IMG/VR virus record: IMGVR_UViG_3300025110_000119 | Location: 1-25,049 of that record | DNA: 25,049 nt | Reading direction: 5' to 3' (one strand) | Source: a virus | Lineage: Duplodnaviria; Caudoviricetes | Shown here: positions 1-8,311 of the stretch, piece after piece | Numbering within the stretch: position 1 is the stretch's first letter | Layout: each line of letters begins with the position of its first letter | Program-made: the position numbers and the translations under genes | The notes under the pieces: model-generated | The model's database searches: none | Told to the model about the DNA's origin: nothing | What the model saw: the letters and a program-made list of their open reading frames with translations, nothing else

Positions 1-1
1 A

Positions 2-154
2 TATGAGCAAGGCGATCCTTTCAAAGGTAAGCCAGCAGAAGAAAAAGAGCCTGCTTGTGGTCTACCTCCAACTAAGCGAGATGATTACGGGGCGGACACT
101 GATATCGCGAGTGCTTCATCTAACAAAGATGAGATTGGCGACGACTGGAGCTGA
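2..154 (+). CDS. 3' end of a truncated gene; acidic tail typical of phage ssDNA-binding proteins
   Basis: Frame open from the window edge: YEQGDPFKGKPAEEKEPACG...DEIGDDWS*. An acidic tail with a near-terminal aromatic residue, upstream of an exonuclease, suggests SSB (inference). Confidence 0.5.
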   Translation, partial: YEQGDPFKGKPAEEKEPACGLPPTKRDDYGADTDIASASSNKDEIGDDWS

Positions 155-260
155 CCTATGTACCTTTTATACATACCAAATACAGGGGCTAGTATTGCTA
201 GTTCCTCTGTGTTATCTTCAGTTACCAGTTACGTGAGTCCTATCTCTCAAGGTAAGTAGA

Positions 261-560
261 TTGAAAGAACAAAACAACTTACCTCCTGAGGCAGCGATTC
301 ACTTCAATCCTGATTGTCTGTACACCCTCCAGCAAACGCCCTTCTTTCCTTTGCCGGGCGATAGTCTTAAATGCAAAATTGTTGAACTTCCATATAAATA
401 TGCAGATAACTGCATTTCAATAGTTACATGGACGGAAGTTCTAGAAGAATTAAAAGAAGATCACACAATTATTTCTTATAAATTTTTACCAGAACAATTG
501 CCAACTTCTATCCTTGTCGAATACCCATCATCCAGTTCTTGCAGCGCTTCAATCGGCTAA
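261..560 (+). CDS. hypothetical protein
   Basis: 99-aa ORF with TTG start in a co-directional overlapping run; no motif recognised. Confidence 0.55.
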   Translation: MKEQNNLPPEAAIHFNPDCLYTLQQTPFFPLPGDSLKCKIVELPYKYADNCISIVTWTEVLEELKEDHTIISYKFLPEQLPTSILVEYPSSSSCSASIG

Positions 561-711
561 AACTAGTAAAGAAGTCAAAGGACTTCTAGATGCTTACGGA
601 CACCAAATATGTAATGCTGCATGGAAAGAACTGTCCGAAATTGATAAAGCATCTTTACTTTTAGCAAAAGAATTTAACGGAACTATTATTCATGACATCA
701 AAGAACAATGA
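514..711 (+). CDS. hypothetical protein
   Basis: 65-aa ORF overlapping both neighbours in operon fashion. Confidence 0.6.
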   Translation: MSNTHHPVLAALQSAKTSKEVKGLLDAYGHQICNAAWKELSEIDKASLLLAKEFNGTIIHDIKEQ

Positions 712-1057
712 TGATCCAAAGAATCAGTATTCCTTGCATCTGGAGCAGGTAAAACTGCAACGTGAGACTAACCAATTACTAAAAGAATTAGTAAACACAC
801 TGAATGGTTTCACAAATAGTGGAGCTAGCTTGCAAACTGTAGTGCCAGATAATGCATTCCTTGCATACTTAAGTGTCGTTGGCCCAGCACTTGCGAGACA
901 TTTGGATAACACGATTGGTGCAGAAGAAATTAAAAAAGGTGGAGTTCATTTAGGGCAAAGCCTAGTAGATGAGTTCTCCGCCTTCAGCTCCTGCCAAAAG
1001 CCAGAAGATCAGATTTATAAGTCCCTTGAATTCCTCAACAAAGGAACTGACGACTAA
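692..1057 (+). CDS. hypothetical protein
   Basis: 121-aa ATG ORF, protein-like composition, N-terminal coiled-coil-like stretch. Confidence 0.7.
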   Translation: MTSKNNDDPKNQYSLHLEQVKLQRETNQLLKELVNTLNGFTNSGASLQTVVPDNAFLAYLSVVGPALARHLDNTIGAEEIKKGGVHLGQSLVDEFSAFSSCQKPEDQIYKSLEFLNKGTDD

Positions 1058-1330
1058 CTTATTGGGCTTCCATTTATAGGGTTTGCATGGCCTAAACGTA
1101 TACCTGCCTTATCAGAATGCCTCCTTTAGATCCTTAGTTATTCGAACCGATAATTAAGCTCAGTCACATTAGCCGTTTCTAATGTTGATCGATTGGAGCC
1201 AAAGTATTTGTTGTTCTGATTTGTGTTCTGTTCGCGGATAGCAAGTGGTTTCAGGGTTGAGATCCCCATTAGGGGCTTGCTATAAGGATGCATTAAATGG
1301 AGTAAGTCCCAACTATTATTGACTACTAAT

Positions 1331-1369
1331 CGTTACATTCTGTAAGAAAGCGTTACATTATATGTAACA
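1331..1369. promoter_or_regulatory. paired GTTACA direct/inverted repeats upstream of the exonuclease
   Basis: CGTTACATT at 1331-1339 and 1351-1359; palindrome GTTACAT-TAT-ATGTAAC at 1352-1368; TTACA-TTC-TGTAA at 1333-1345. Confidence 0.45.
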
Positions 1370-1382
1370 ATTGTCTTGCAAT

Positions 1383-2234
1383 ATGCCTGCTACACGCTTT
1401 GAGATTAATGGCGAACGGCATTATAGAACTGATAAAGCAGATAAAGCATATCCTTCGGTTACAACAATCCTTAGTAAATGCGCCACTGAAAGTAGCAAAA
1501 AAGCTTTAAAGAATTGGATACTTAAGAATCCTGGGGGTAGCGCAGCCGCAGCCAAGCGAGGTTCAGCGGTACACCAAGCCTGCGAGGACTATATTCGAGG
1601 GAAAGAAATAACAATAGAATCAGAATACCAACCATTTTGGAACGGAATTAGCCAACATTTAGATAAATACGATTCTTTTATTTGGAGTGAAATGCCACTG
1701 CGACCAGAGTGGTCTTATTGCACGGGAGAAGATGGAATTTCTAGAGTTTGGTCTCACAAGTATGGGTATTGTGGTTGCCCTGACTTGGTTGGAATTAGGA
1801 ATGGAACTTATATAATTGCTGACTTCAAAACTAGTAATCAACCCTATTCTCGGTATTATCCCAAAGCAAAAGCAGATCGTTCTAGGTTTACTGGTTGGAA
1901 TAAATTCAATAAATGTGCAATGCAATTAGCAGCATATGCACAAGCACTAGATGAAACTCTTGGTATCAATATTGACTGCGCTCAGATTATTGTTTCCACT
2001 CCAGAAATCGATCAAAGTTTTATTCTTACAAGAGAAGAATTAGATCGACATAGAACTAAGTGGTTGCAAAAAATTAGACGCTATCAAGAGATAAAAGAGG
2101 AAGAAGAACAAGCCAAACATATTCTTAAAGAACTAAAACAAGAGTTAGAAGATTCCGGGGATAATCTGCCCAGTAGTGAGGTAAGCACCGAGAAGGCCGA
2201 TAAAACCAATCATTGCCCAGCGACCGTTAGCTAA
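1383..2234 (+). CDS. PD-(D/E)XK family phage exonuclease
   Basis: Motifs YPSVTTIL, RGSAVH, GCPDLVG, ADFKTS, QLAAYA. ATG 1383 preferred over TTG 1371. Confidence 0.9.
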   Translation: MPATRFEINGERHYRTDKADKAYPSVTTILSKCATESSKKALKNWILKNPGGSAAAAKRGSAVHQACEDYIRGKEITIESEYQPFWNGISQHLDKYDSFIWSEMPLRPEWSYCTGEDGISRVWSHKYGYCGCPDLVGIRNGTYIIADFKTSNQPYSRYYPKAKADRSRFTGWNKFNKCAMQLAAYAQALDETLGINIDCAQIIVSTPEIDQSFILTREELDRHRTKWLQKIRRYQEIKEEEEQAKHILKELKQELEDSGDNLPSSEVSTEKADKTNHCPATVS

Positions 2235-2342
2235 TTCAGCTTCCTTGATATAACCCTTGTACTCTTCCACTAGTTGTGGCTGAGTTTCTTTGCCAAATAT
2301 ATTTTGCTTGCCGTATTCAGTTGTAATGGAAGAGTCAGTCAT
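2145..2342 (-). CDS. hli: high-light-inducible protein (HLIP), 65 aa
   Basis: AELANGRWAMIGF chlorophyll-binding helix and C-terminal TGQIIPGIF. Confidence 0.97.
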   Translation of the reverse strand: MTDSSITTEYGKQNIFGKETQPQLVEEYKGYIKEAELANGRWAMIGFIGLLGAYLTTGQIIPGIF

Positions 2343-2461
2343 TAGAAAACACCAGGAACAAGTTGACCACTAAATACGTAAGAAGCTGTCAATATCCAGA
2401 AGATCATCATGGCAGCACGGCCATTAGAGCGTTGCCAGATTTCTATGTTTGTATCCTTCAT
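2342..2461 (-). CDS. hli: high-light-inducible protein (HLIP), 39 aa; not in ORF track
   Basis: Manual translation MKDTNIEIWQRSNGRAAMMIFWILTASYVFSGQLVPGVF*; TAATG coupling to the next hli. Confidence 0.9.
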   Translation of the reverse strand: MKDTNIEIWQRSNGRAAMMIFWILTASYVFSGQLVPGVF

Positions 2462-2569
2462 TTAAAAAACTCCTGGGATAATTTGACCAGTAGTTACATA
2501 TGCTCCGAATGCTGCAACGATTCCAAGCATTGCGGCCCAACCATTAAACTTTTCTGCTTCAGGTGTCAT
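2462..2569 (-). CDS. hli: high-light-inducible protein (HLIP), 35 aa; not in ORF track
   Basis: Manual translation MTPEAEKFNGWAAMLGIVAAFGAYVTTGQIIPGVF*; stop abuts the next ATG. Confidence 0.96.
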   Translation of the reverse strand: MTPEAEKFNGWAAMLGIVAAFGAYVTTGQIIPGVF

Positions 2570-2687
2570 TAGACCCATCCTTGAATAATTCCTTTTTATT
2601 GTAATAGGTATTTATACTGTGTCGTTAGTCTTGCAATGTGAAAGCCGAACTGTTTAATAGAATTAAATTGACATCCACACAGTATTA

Positions 2688-2864
2688 ATGGACAAGCCAA
2701 AGCTTCTATATACAACTGACAAAGGCGGAACTGTTCATACCTATCAACTCACAGGCGGCAAAAGCGATTTCAACCGTTACTTAAGTTGCTATCTAGGTAG
2801 TTGTAAATTCAATAACGACTTAGATGAGGCAGCTAAACATTTAAGCACCGTTGAACCTGAGTAG
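2688..2864 (+). CDS. small picocyanobacterial-type hypothetical protein, 58 aa; not in ORF track
   Basis: MDKPKLLYTTDKGGTVHTYQLTGGKSDFNRYLSCYLGSCKFNNDLDEAAKHLSTVEPE*; TAGAAT at 2658-2663; stop abuts the convergent stop at 2865. Confidence 0.75.
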   Translation: MDKPKLLYTTDKGGTVHTYQLTGGKSDFNRYLSCYLGSCKFNNDLDEAAKHLSTVEPE

Positions 2865-3719
2865 TTACGAAGATATTTGGTTGTGTAATTGTCCAGTTAA
2901 TTTATAGCAAACGGAATTCTCGATTTTGTCTTGCAGTCCGACCAACTCATTAGGCATAGGTGTTTTACTCATTACTCTAAAAGTAGCAACTATGGGGCAT
3001 CTCCCATAAGCAGCGCCAAACTTTTCAACGATCTTTGCCGTTACAGGCATCTCTCCCGTGAGAATATCTTGTACATCATTAAGGTCATCCTGTTTGATAC
3101 CCTTCGCGTAATCTTGATCAGTAAATAATTGCCATACCTCTCTTGTGTTTAAGACCTCGTACTTACGTATAGCTTGAAAATGTTCTGCCAATAAAGAACC
3201 GAATTTCTTGAGTTCTTTCGCTGTAGGAACAGGTGGTGGAGTAACAACCTTCTCTTCTTCTTCTGATTCTTGCTTCTGGATATTCTTCTGACTAGCAGAC
3301 AATGCTGCAAGTATCCGAGGTAGATCTTTTGTTTCGCTTGTGCTCCTAATCCAACTCTCTACATCCTTAATAGTAAGAGTGTTTTTGTACTCACCAGTAT
3401 CGTAATAATCAAAAAGAGCATCAGGTGTTATTCCTAATAATCCAGCTAAGTTTCTTGTAATTCTTGTCCGTACATCAAAAGGATTAACTTCTCCTCTTAA
3501 ATATTTAGTAACAGTACCAATCGATACTCCCATTCTATCTCCAAGTTTTCTTTGTGAGATATCATGCATAACCATTGCTTGGTTAAGAGACTCAATAAAT
3601 CTTTGAACCTCTTTTGAGTGGTCTGGATTTATAAAGTTCGCATATTTATTTTTTGCTTTAGATATGCGTTCTTCTTGTTTATCCCCTTGGGGTGATTTTT
3701 TTACTTTTTTAGATTGCAT
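2865..3719 (-). CDS. XRE-family HTH transcriptional regulator (repressor-like)
   Basis: ISQRKLGDRMGVSIGTVTKYLRGEVNP is an XRE HTH; gene is divergent from the primase-helicase. No S24 peptidase motif seen. Confidence 0.85.
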   Translation of the reverse strand: MQSKKVKKSPQGDKQEERISKAKNKYANFINPDHSKEVQRFIESLNQAMVMHDISQRKLGDRMGVSIGTVTKYLRGEVNPFDVRTRITRNLAGLLGITPDALFDYYDTGEYKNTLTIKDVESWIRSTSETKDLPRILAALSASQKNIQKQESEEEEKVVTPPPVPTAKELKKFGSLLAEHFQAIRKYEVLNTREVWQLFTDQDYAKGIKQDDLNDVQDILTGEMPVTAKIVEKFGAAYGRCPIVATFRVMSKTPMPNELVGLQDKIENSVCYKLTGQLHNQISS

Positions 3720-4104
3720 GATTAGAGAAAAAGAATGTGGTGGAAATTGTTCTCCTCAGGTCGAAGTTCACTCCGTAGAAGTGACAGTTGGAGTATGCAA
3801 TGTGCGACCTTCATGTACGAGCGTATAGCACCTGTACACTTTTGTACGATTTGCTACACACTATCTACATAAAGCAGTGTACGTGTTCAATAATACGGAA
3901 AAGCTAGTCATAGCGCTAGCCTAAGTGTGCAAAACTAGTAAATATTCTGTCATTAGTAAGAAAAATTTATATTTTAATGGTGTTTTCCACAGAAAAACCT
4001 TCAATATTAGCGATTTAACATGCGCGTTTATACTTAATTAGTCATAATCTGTTACTTATAACAGGTCTCAAAAAACCTTAATTTGTTCTTTTCACGTACC
4101 GAAT

Positions 4105-4123
4105 ACCATAGAAGGTGTTAAAA
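4105..4123 (+). promoter_or_regulatory. putative operator upstream of the primase-helicase
   Basis: ACCATAGAAGGTGTTAAAA matches the reverse complement of 21009-21027 at 18/19 positions. Confidence 0.5.
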
Positions 4124-4181
4124 CTTGTTGTACCTTTTTGACAACCAAGGCACACTAAGTATCCGTAGAGCATTGTTATCC

Positions 4182-6524
4182 GTGAGCGAAATCAGCTTCA
4201 GTATTCATCCTTCAATAAAAAATAAGCCGCAACATTGGGAAAGTAAATTTGCTTTTAACTGGCAAAGACAAACAGGAACATTAGAAGACTTACGTAAACA
4301 AGTAAGCAACGGATCTGCTTTTGTTGCAGCAGCAATGAAAGGGGATCATCGAACTAGTGCCGCATTTGAAGGAAGTTCTCTAGCTGTTGTTGACGTTGAT
4401 GACGGTCTAACTGTTGAGGGTTTTTTAGCTAAACCATTAGCAGAGAAAGCAGCTTGGCTCTATACAACAACCAGTCATGATCCTTCTAATAGCAAGGAAA
4501 GGTTTCGTGTCATTTTTCAACTTCCAGAATTTATAGAAGATCCCGACTTATATAAGGAGATAGTTACTTTACTTGTTGCTCAAACTGGAGCAGACAAGCA
4601 ATGCACTGATTGCTGTCGTACTTTCTATGGCAACGATCAAGCAACTGAACCTCTATTCAATCAAGATGCTGTCCTAGATAGCAGCATTATCGATGAAGCA
4701 AGGAAAGCATTAGTCATCAGACGTAATACATACGACCGCCGTAAAGAAGATATTGATGATCATTCAATTCAACTTGCTATCTACTGCTTAGAAAATGTCA
4801 TTGAACCAACTAATGACGGTGAACGTGATAAGTTCCTGCGAATCACAACTGCTGCTCGAGCTGGTGGTGATGAAGTATTTCCATATTGGTCTGACTGGGC
4901 AAGTCGAGGACACCATGGAAGAAAAAGAGGACAGACTAGTGAAAAGTTTTTCCGTGGATTCAGAGGTGATCATTTAGGAGCAATCTTTACTGCTGCTACC
5001 GAAAGTGATTCCGAATGGAGAAAAAACTTACCGCCTGAACTTAAAAGTGATGGCAGTAATTATTTGACCGGTGTCTACGGCAAATCTTTTGCAGGCTATG
5101 AACACTCTGCTTTCTTAGGACTAGATGAAGATGACGACTTCACTCCTGCCGATACTGCTACTCAAGGTTTATTTAGCGAACCTGCTTGGAGTCGGACAGC
5201 AGTTATCGAGACAGAGGAATCTAGTGAAGGAATGGATTCATTCTTCGAGAGTCAAGAAGAAGATCCAGATTCTTTCGATCCTCCAGATGCAGGTCGAGGT
5301 CGTCGAGGAGAAAACCAAGTTGATCGCATAAGAGAAGTAATCACTAGAAACTTCAATGGCTTAAGACTTAATGTCATGAACCAGCAGTTGGAGTTCGGAC
5401 CAAAAGGAAGTCCACGTCCAATCCATGACCCGACGTTGATGTATCTCAATGTCAGCAGGACAGAAGGAACAGTCTTCCCGAAAACATTAGTCTTTGATAT
5501 TGCTACTGAGATTGCTTACGAAAATAGATACCACCCAGTTAAGAAGTACCTAACTGCTTGTGCTTCTTCCACTGATCCTTGTCCTTACTTTGACCGCCTA
5601 GCAACTGAGATATTGGGAGTCTCTCCCGATCCAGTACAAAATCCACTCATGCCTTGTGGTACTCGATTAGCCGATCTCATTCTTAAACGATTCCTTATTG
5701 GTGCTGTTAGTCGAGTGATGTCTGAAGGCTGCCGTCATGACTGGATGCCAATTCTTATTGGTAGTCAGAACTGCGGTAAATCAACTTTCTTCCAATACTT
5801 AACTCCACCAAATCCTATGGACGGAACTTATCCATGGGTAACAACAATGCAGCAGTCGATCGAGTATCTAAGTTCTAGACCTCATGCTCTTCATGCTGGC
5901 TTTATTGTTGTCATGGATGAATTTGAAAGATATACCAAACGCAAATTCTCTGAGGAATTAAAGAACCTTATCTCTGTCAGTGTCGATAGATCTGCTCGTA
6001 AATATGAAAACGAAAAGTCTTATCCCAGAGCTTTCGTATTAGCTGGTGCTACTAATAGTCCTGACTTCCTCTCTGATCCAACAGGTAATAGAAGATTCCT
6101 TCCTATTCAGGTGCTTGGTAAGGTTGCTTCTAAAGAAGACCCCAATATTAAGATCATTGATTTAGATCGTCTCAAAAAAGATCGTGATGCTATTTGGCAT
6201 GCTGCTTACAAGCATTACCTAGATAAACCAGAGAATGTATTTACCAGTCACGAGTTAAGTCACATCTCTGAGTACACCGATTCATTTACTAAGGACAGTC
6301 CTGTTGAACTTGCTGTATCAAATGTACTAGCTAGGGAAACCAGTGGTTGGCATCAGGGCGCACCTTACGTAACTCTTGCTGACATGTTTAAACATTTAGA
6401 CGTTCCTGTTACTCAGCATGGTCAGATGACTCAACAAATTACCGATTGCATGAAAAGAATGAACTGCAAACCTAAAAGAATTAAGGAGAATGGCTCTCCA
6501 AAACGAGTTTGGATGAAGTCTTAG
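4182..6524 (+). CDS. primase-helicase (N-terminal primase-like domain, PriCT-2, VirE/VapE NTPase)
   Basis: VVDVDD, YTTTSH and RFRVIF in the primase-like part; PriCT-2-like WSDWAS; Walker A GSQNCGKS, Walker B VVMDE, VirE-type ATN..FLSDPTGNRRF. GTG 4182 preferred (ORF opens at 4125). Confidence 0.9.
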   Translation: MSEISFSIHPSIKNKPQHWESKFAFNWQRQTGTLEDLRKQVSNGSAFVAAAMKGDHRTSAAFEGSSLAVVDVDDGLTVEGFLAKPLAEKAAWLYTTTSHDPSNSKERFRVIFQLPEFIEDPDLYKEIVTLLVAQTGADKQCTDCCRTFYGNDQATEPLFNQDAVLDSSIIDEARKALVIRRNTYDRRKEDIDDHSIQLAIYCLENVIEPTNDGERDKFLRITTAARAGGDEVFPYWSDWASRGHHGRKRGQTSEKFFRGFRGDHLGAIFTAATESDSEWRKNLPPELKSDGSNYLTGVYGKSFAGYEHSAFLGLDEDDDFTPADTATQGLFSEPAWSRTAVIETEESSEGMDSFFESQEEDPDSFDPPDAGRGRRGENQVDRIREVITRNFNGLRLNVMNQQLEFGPKGSPRPIHDPTLMYLNVSRTEGTVFPKTLVFDIATEIAYENRYHPVKKYLTACASSTDPCPYFDRLATEILGVSPDPVQNPLMPCGTRLADLILKRFLIGAVSRVMSEGCRHDWMPILIGSQNCGKSTFFQYLTPPNPMDGTYPWVTTMQQSIEYLSSRPHALHAGFIVVMDEFERYTKRKFSEELKNLISVSVDRSARKYENEKSYPRAFVLAGATNSPDFLSDPTGNRRFLPIQVLGKVASKEDPNIKIIDLDRLKKDRDAIWHAAYKHYLDKPENVFTSHELSHISEYTDSFTKDSPVELAVSNVLARETSGWHQGAPYVTLADMFKHLDVPVTQHGQMTQQITDCMKRMNCKPKRIKENGSPKRVWMKS

Positions 6525-6561
6525 TCGTCCAATATCACTGAGTCCTAATATTGTTTGCTTT

Positions 6562-6588
6562 AAGACTGCTGTAATAGTGGTCTTTTTT
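6562..6588 (+). terminator. intrinsic terminator after the primase-helicase
   Basis: Stem AAGACTGCT/AGTGGTCTT (two G-U pairs), 5-nt loop, then a T tract. Confidence 0.75.
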
Positions 6589-6596
6589 ATTGTCTC

Positions 6597-6849
6597 GGTA
6601 CCAGGCTTTTATCTTCAGGTACCACTATCGCCTCCTGAAAAGAGTTAATACAACATGAGTCTCGTTTAAGGTGCCAGAGTTCCAGACTTCTCTTAACCTT
6701 TATTAGGGAAATAAACAATCTGCTTTCTCTTTTTACCCTTTACAGATCCTCTATGATTAAAGAACAAATCGAACAGAAGGAATAAGAAAAGGAGAGGGAA
6801 TTACTCAGAAAGGTTAAGAAAAGCACGGTACCCCGGTTACCCTGGTACC
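6597..6849. other. candidate replication origin
   Basis: GGTACC at 6597, 6618, 6827 and 6844; 14/15 inverted repeat at 6687-6701 and 6809-6823; pyrimidine-rich then purine-rich core; directly follows the primase-helicase. Confidence 0.55.
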
Positions 6850-6886
6850 TTTTTAGACAAAATGTAAGATATAGCACGCACTAAAA

Positions 6887-7192
6887 ATGAATGGTTTGGC
6901 TTCTCATCCTATGCATCTTTACGATCGACCTCTTGTTGAGGAGATAGTTTCTAAAAGCCTCAAGGATTTAACCAAGCAGAATATCGTTGACCTAGCCAGA
7001 TTGCTCAATCGCTATAACCCAACGAACGATAATCTCAAAGATATCATCATTGCTTATTTGCACGAGAACCATAAAACACCAGAGCAGCTCCACATTAAAT
7101 CAAGGGAAATCTGGCAAAGCGGCTGGCGACCTACCTCGCTTGATTCTGACGAGGTTGGATCTGGTGCTGATGTAGAAGCCGGAGCTGGCTAA
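6887..7192 (+). CDS. DUF3288-family protein
   Basis: HP...DR..V, DLARLLNRY, SREIWQSGWRP and VGSG.D match the cyanobacterial DUF3288 pattern as recalled. Confidence 0.75.
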   Translation: MNGLASHPMHLYDRPLVEEIVSKSLKDLTKQNIVDLARLLNRYNPTNDNLKDIIIAYLHENHKTPEQLHIKSREIWQSGWRPTSLDSDEVGSGADVEAGAG

Positions 7193-7323
7193 TGTTTGTC
7201 TATTTCTAGAGGAGGTCCAAGAGATTTATATTCCAATTGCTTCTTTAGAAAACGTACTTCTTTTTCAAGTACATCATTCTCTTTCTCCAGCACATCAATG
7301 TGCTCTTGATAGATAATAATCAT
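7189..7323 (-). CDS. small coiled-coil protein, 44 aa; not in ORF track
   Basis: MIIIYQEHIDVLERENDVLEKEVRFLKKQLEYKSLGPPLEIDKH*. Confidence 0.65.
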   Translation of the reverse strand: MIIIYQEHIDVLEKENDVLEKEVRFLKKQLEYKSLGPPLEIDKH

Positions 7324-7367
7324 GGACCTAGTCTACTAATTAGAAAAGGCCAAAATCTTTTCTTAAG

Positions 7368-7520
7368 CTATTTGGATTTCAGACTATAGATTTCGACGTA
7401 GGATTTGCAGCCTTCGCAAATCAATGTTGTATGTAAATTGAATTCTCCATCGGGAAAATCTTCGGCACAATTACTTTCTGCTTTCCAGATTAATTGCCCC
7501 TTGCAGTGATAACAGTTCAT
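7368..7520 (-). CDS. small CxxC-CxxC zinc-ribbon protein, 50 aa; not in ORF track
   Basis: MNCYHCKGQLIW...LICEGCKSYVEIY; ATGA overlap with the upstream gene. Confidence 0.8.
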   Translation of the reverse strand: MNCYHCKGQLIWKAESNCAEDFPDGEFNLHTTLICEGCKSYVEIYSLKSK

Positions 7521-7729
7521 CTTCTTTTAGTTTCTAGTTTTCTCAGCCTGACCTCGTGATCTCTTAATTCTTCTTTTACAATAACGATATCTTTTGCTAC
7601 TTCACTTCTTAGTAATTGAACCTCTCGAAGTATTGCCTCCATTCCTCTCTTCATACTTCCTTGCGTGAAAGCAATCCGCCAGAGAGCTCCAGCAGTGGCG
7701 ACACCAACAACAGCAATTACTTCAATCAT
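7517..7729 (-). CDS. small membrane protein with coiled coil
   Basis: Hydrophobic N-terminus, heptad C-terminus, GGAGG RBS at 7738-7742. Confidence 0.8.
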   Translation of the reverse strand: MIEVIAVVGVATAGALWRIAFTQGSMKRGMEAILREVQLLRSEVAKDIVIVKEELRDHEVRLRKLETKRR

Positions 7730-7753
7730 TAATTAACCTCCCATATATATTCT

Positions 7754-8251
7754 ATGTCAAACCTGAAGCCACCTAAAGCACCAGCTCATTGGGATCAACG
7801 ATTCCTTGTTCTTGCTTCCAATATTGCTGGTTGGAGTAAAGATCCAAGCACAAAAGTAGGAGCAGTTGCTGTTAGAGATCGCAGAATATTAGCCCAAGGT
7901 TTTAATGGATTACCAGTTGGAATTACCGATAGCAATGCTCGCTTACAGGACAGAGATACTAGGTTGCTAATGACAGTTCATGCAGAGATGAATTGTGTTG
8001 CTTTCGCTGCTAAATCTGGAGTATGCCTAGCAGGAGCAACAATGTATATTTGGCCTCTAATGACTTGCAGCAACTGCGCTGCTGTTTTAATCCAAGCCGA
8101 TATCAGCAAGATCGTTGTTCCTGATTTTGTAGAACCTCTTCGCTGGCAGGAATCATTCGATGCAGCTCGTGAAATGTTCATAGAAGCTGGTATTGCGGTA
8201 CATCGAATTCCTATTCGTGGCCCCTTAGAACCAGAGGAAGATAACGACTGA
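7754..8251 (+). CDS. dCMP deaminase
   Basis: WSKDPSTKVGAV, GFNG, HAEMN and P..TCSNC zinc-binding motifs are intact. Confidence 0.95.
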   Translation: MSNLKPPKAPAHWDQRFLVLASNIAGWSKDPSTKVGAVAVRDRRILAQGFNGLPVGITDSNARLQDRDTRLLMTVHAEMNCVAFAAKSGVCLAGATMYIWPLMTCSNCAAVLIQADISKIVVPDFVEPLRWQESFDAAREMFIEAGIAVHRIPIRGPLEPEEDND

Positions 8252-8311
8252 TGCTTGCGAAATCTATTAGATTGCTTACTATATCTCGCAAGACGCAAGA
8301 TCAGCAATGCA

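Noticed and set aside
3-236. 77-aa track ORF
   Set aside because: The alternative frame 2..154 gives a far more protein-like acidic C-terminus.
1238-1283. Hammerhead ribozyme or tRNA remnant
   Set aside because: No CUGANGA/GAAA core, T-loop or CCA in a suitable arrangement on either strand.
1342-1356. NtcA site
   Set aside because: Spacing is GTA-N9-TAC, not N8.
1383-2234. Cas4/CRISPR adaptation gene
   Set aside because: No four-Cys Fe-S pattern, no other cas genes and no array; an ordinary phage PD-(D/E)XK exonuclease.
2363-2572. 69-aa plus-strand track ORF
   Set aside because: Antisense shadow of two hli genes.
2609-2616. T4 late promoter TATAAATA upstream of hli
   Set aside because: Single occurrence noticed in AT-rich DNA, and no T4-like core genes in the window.
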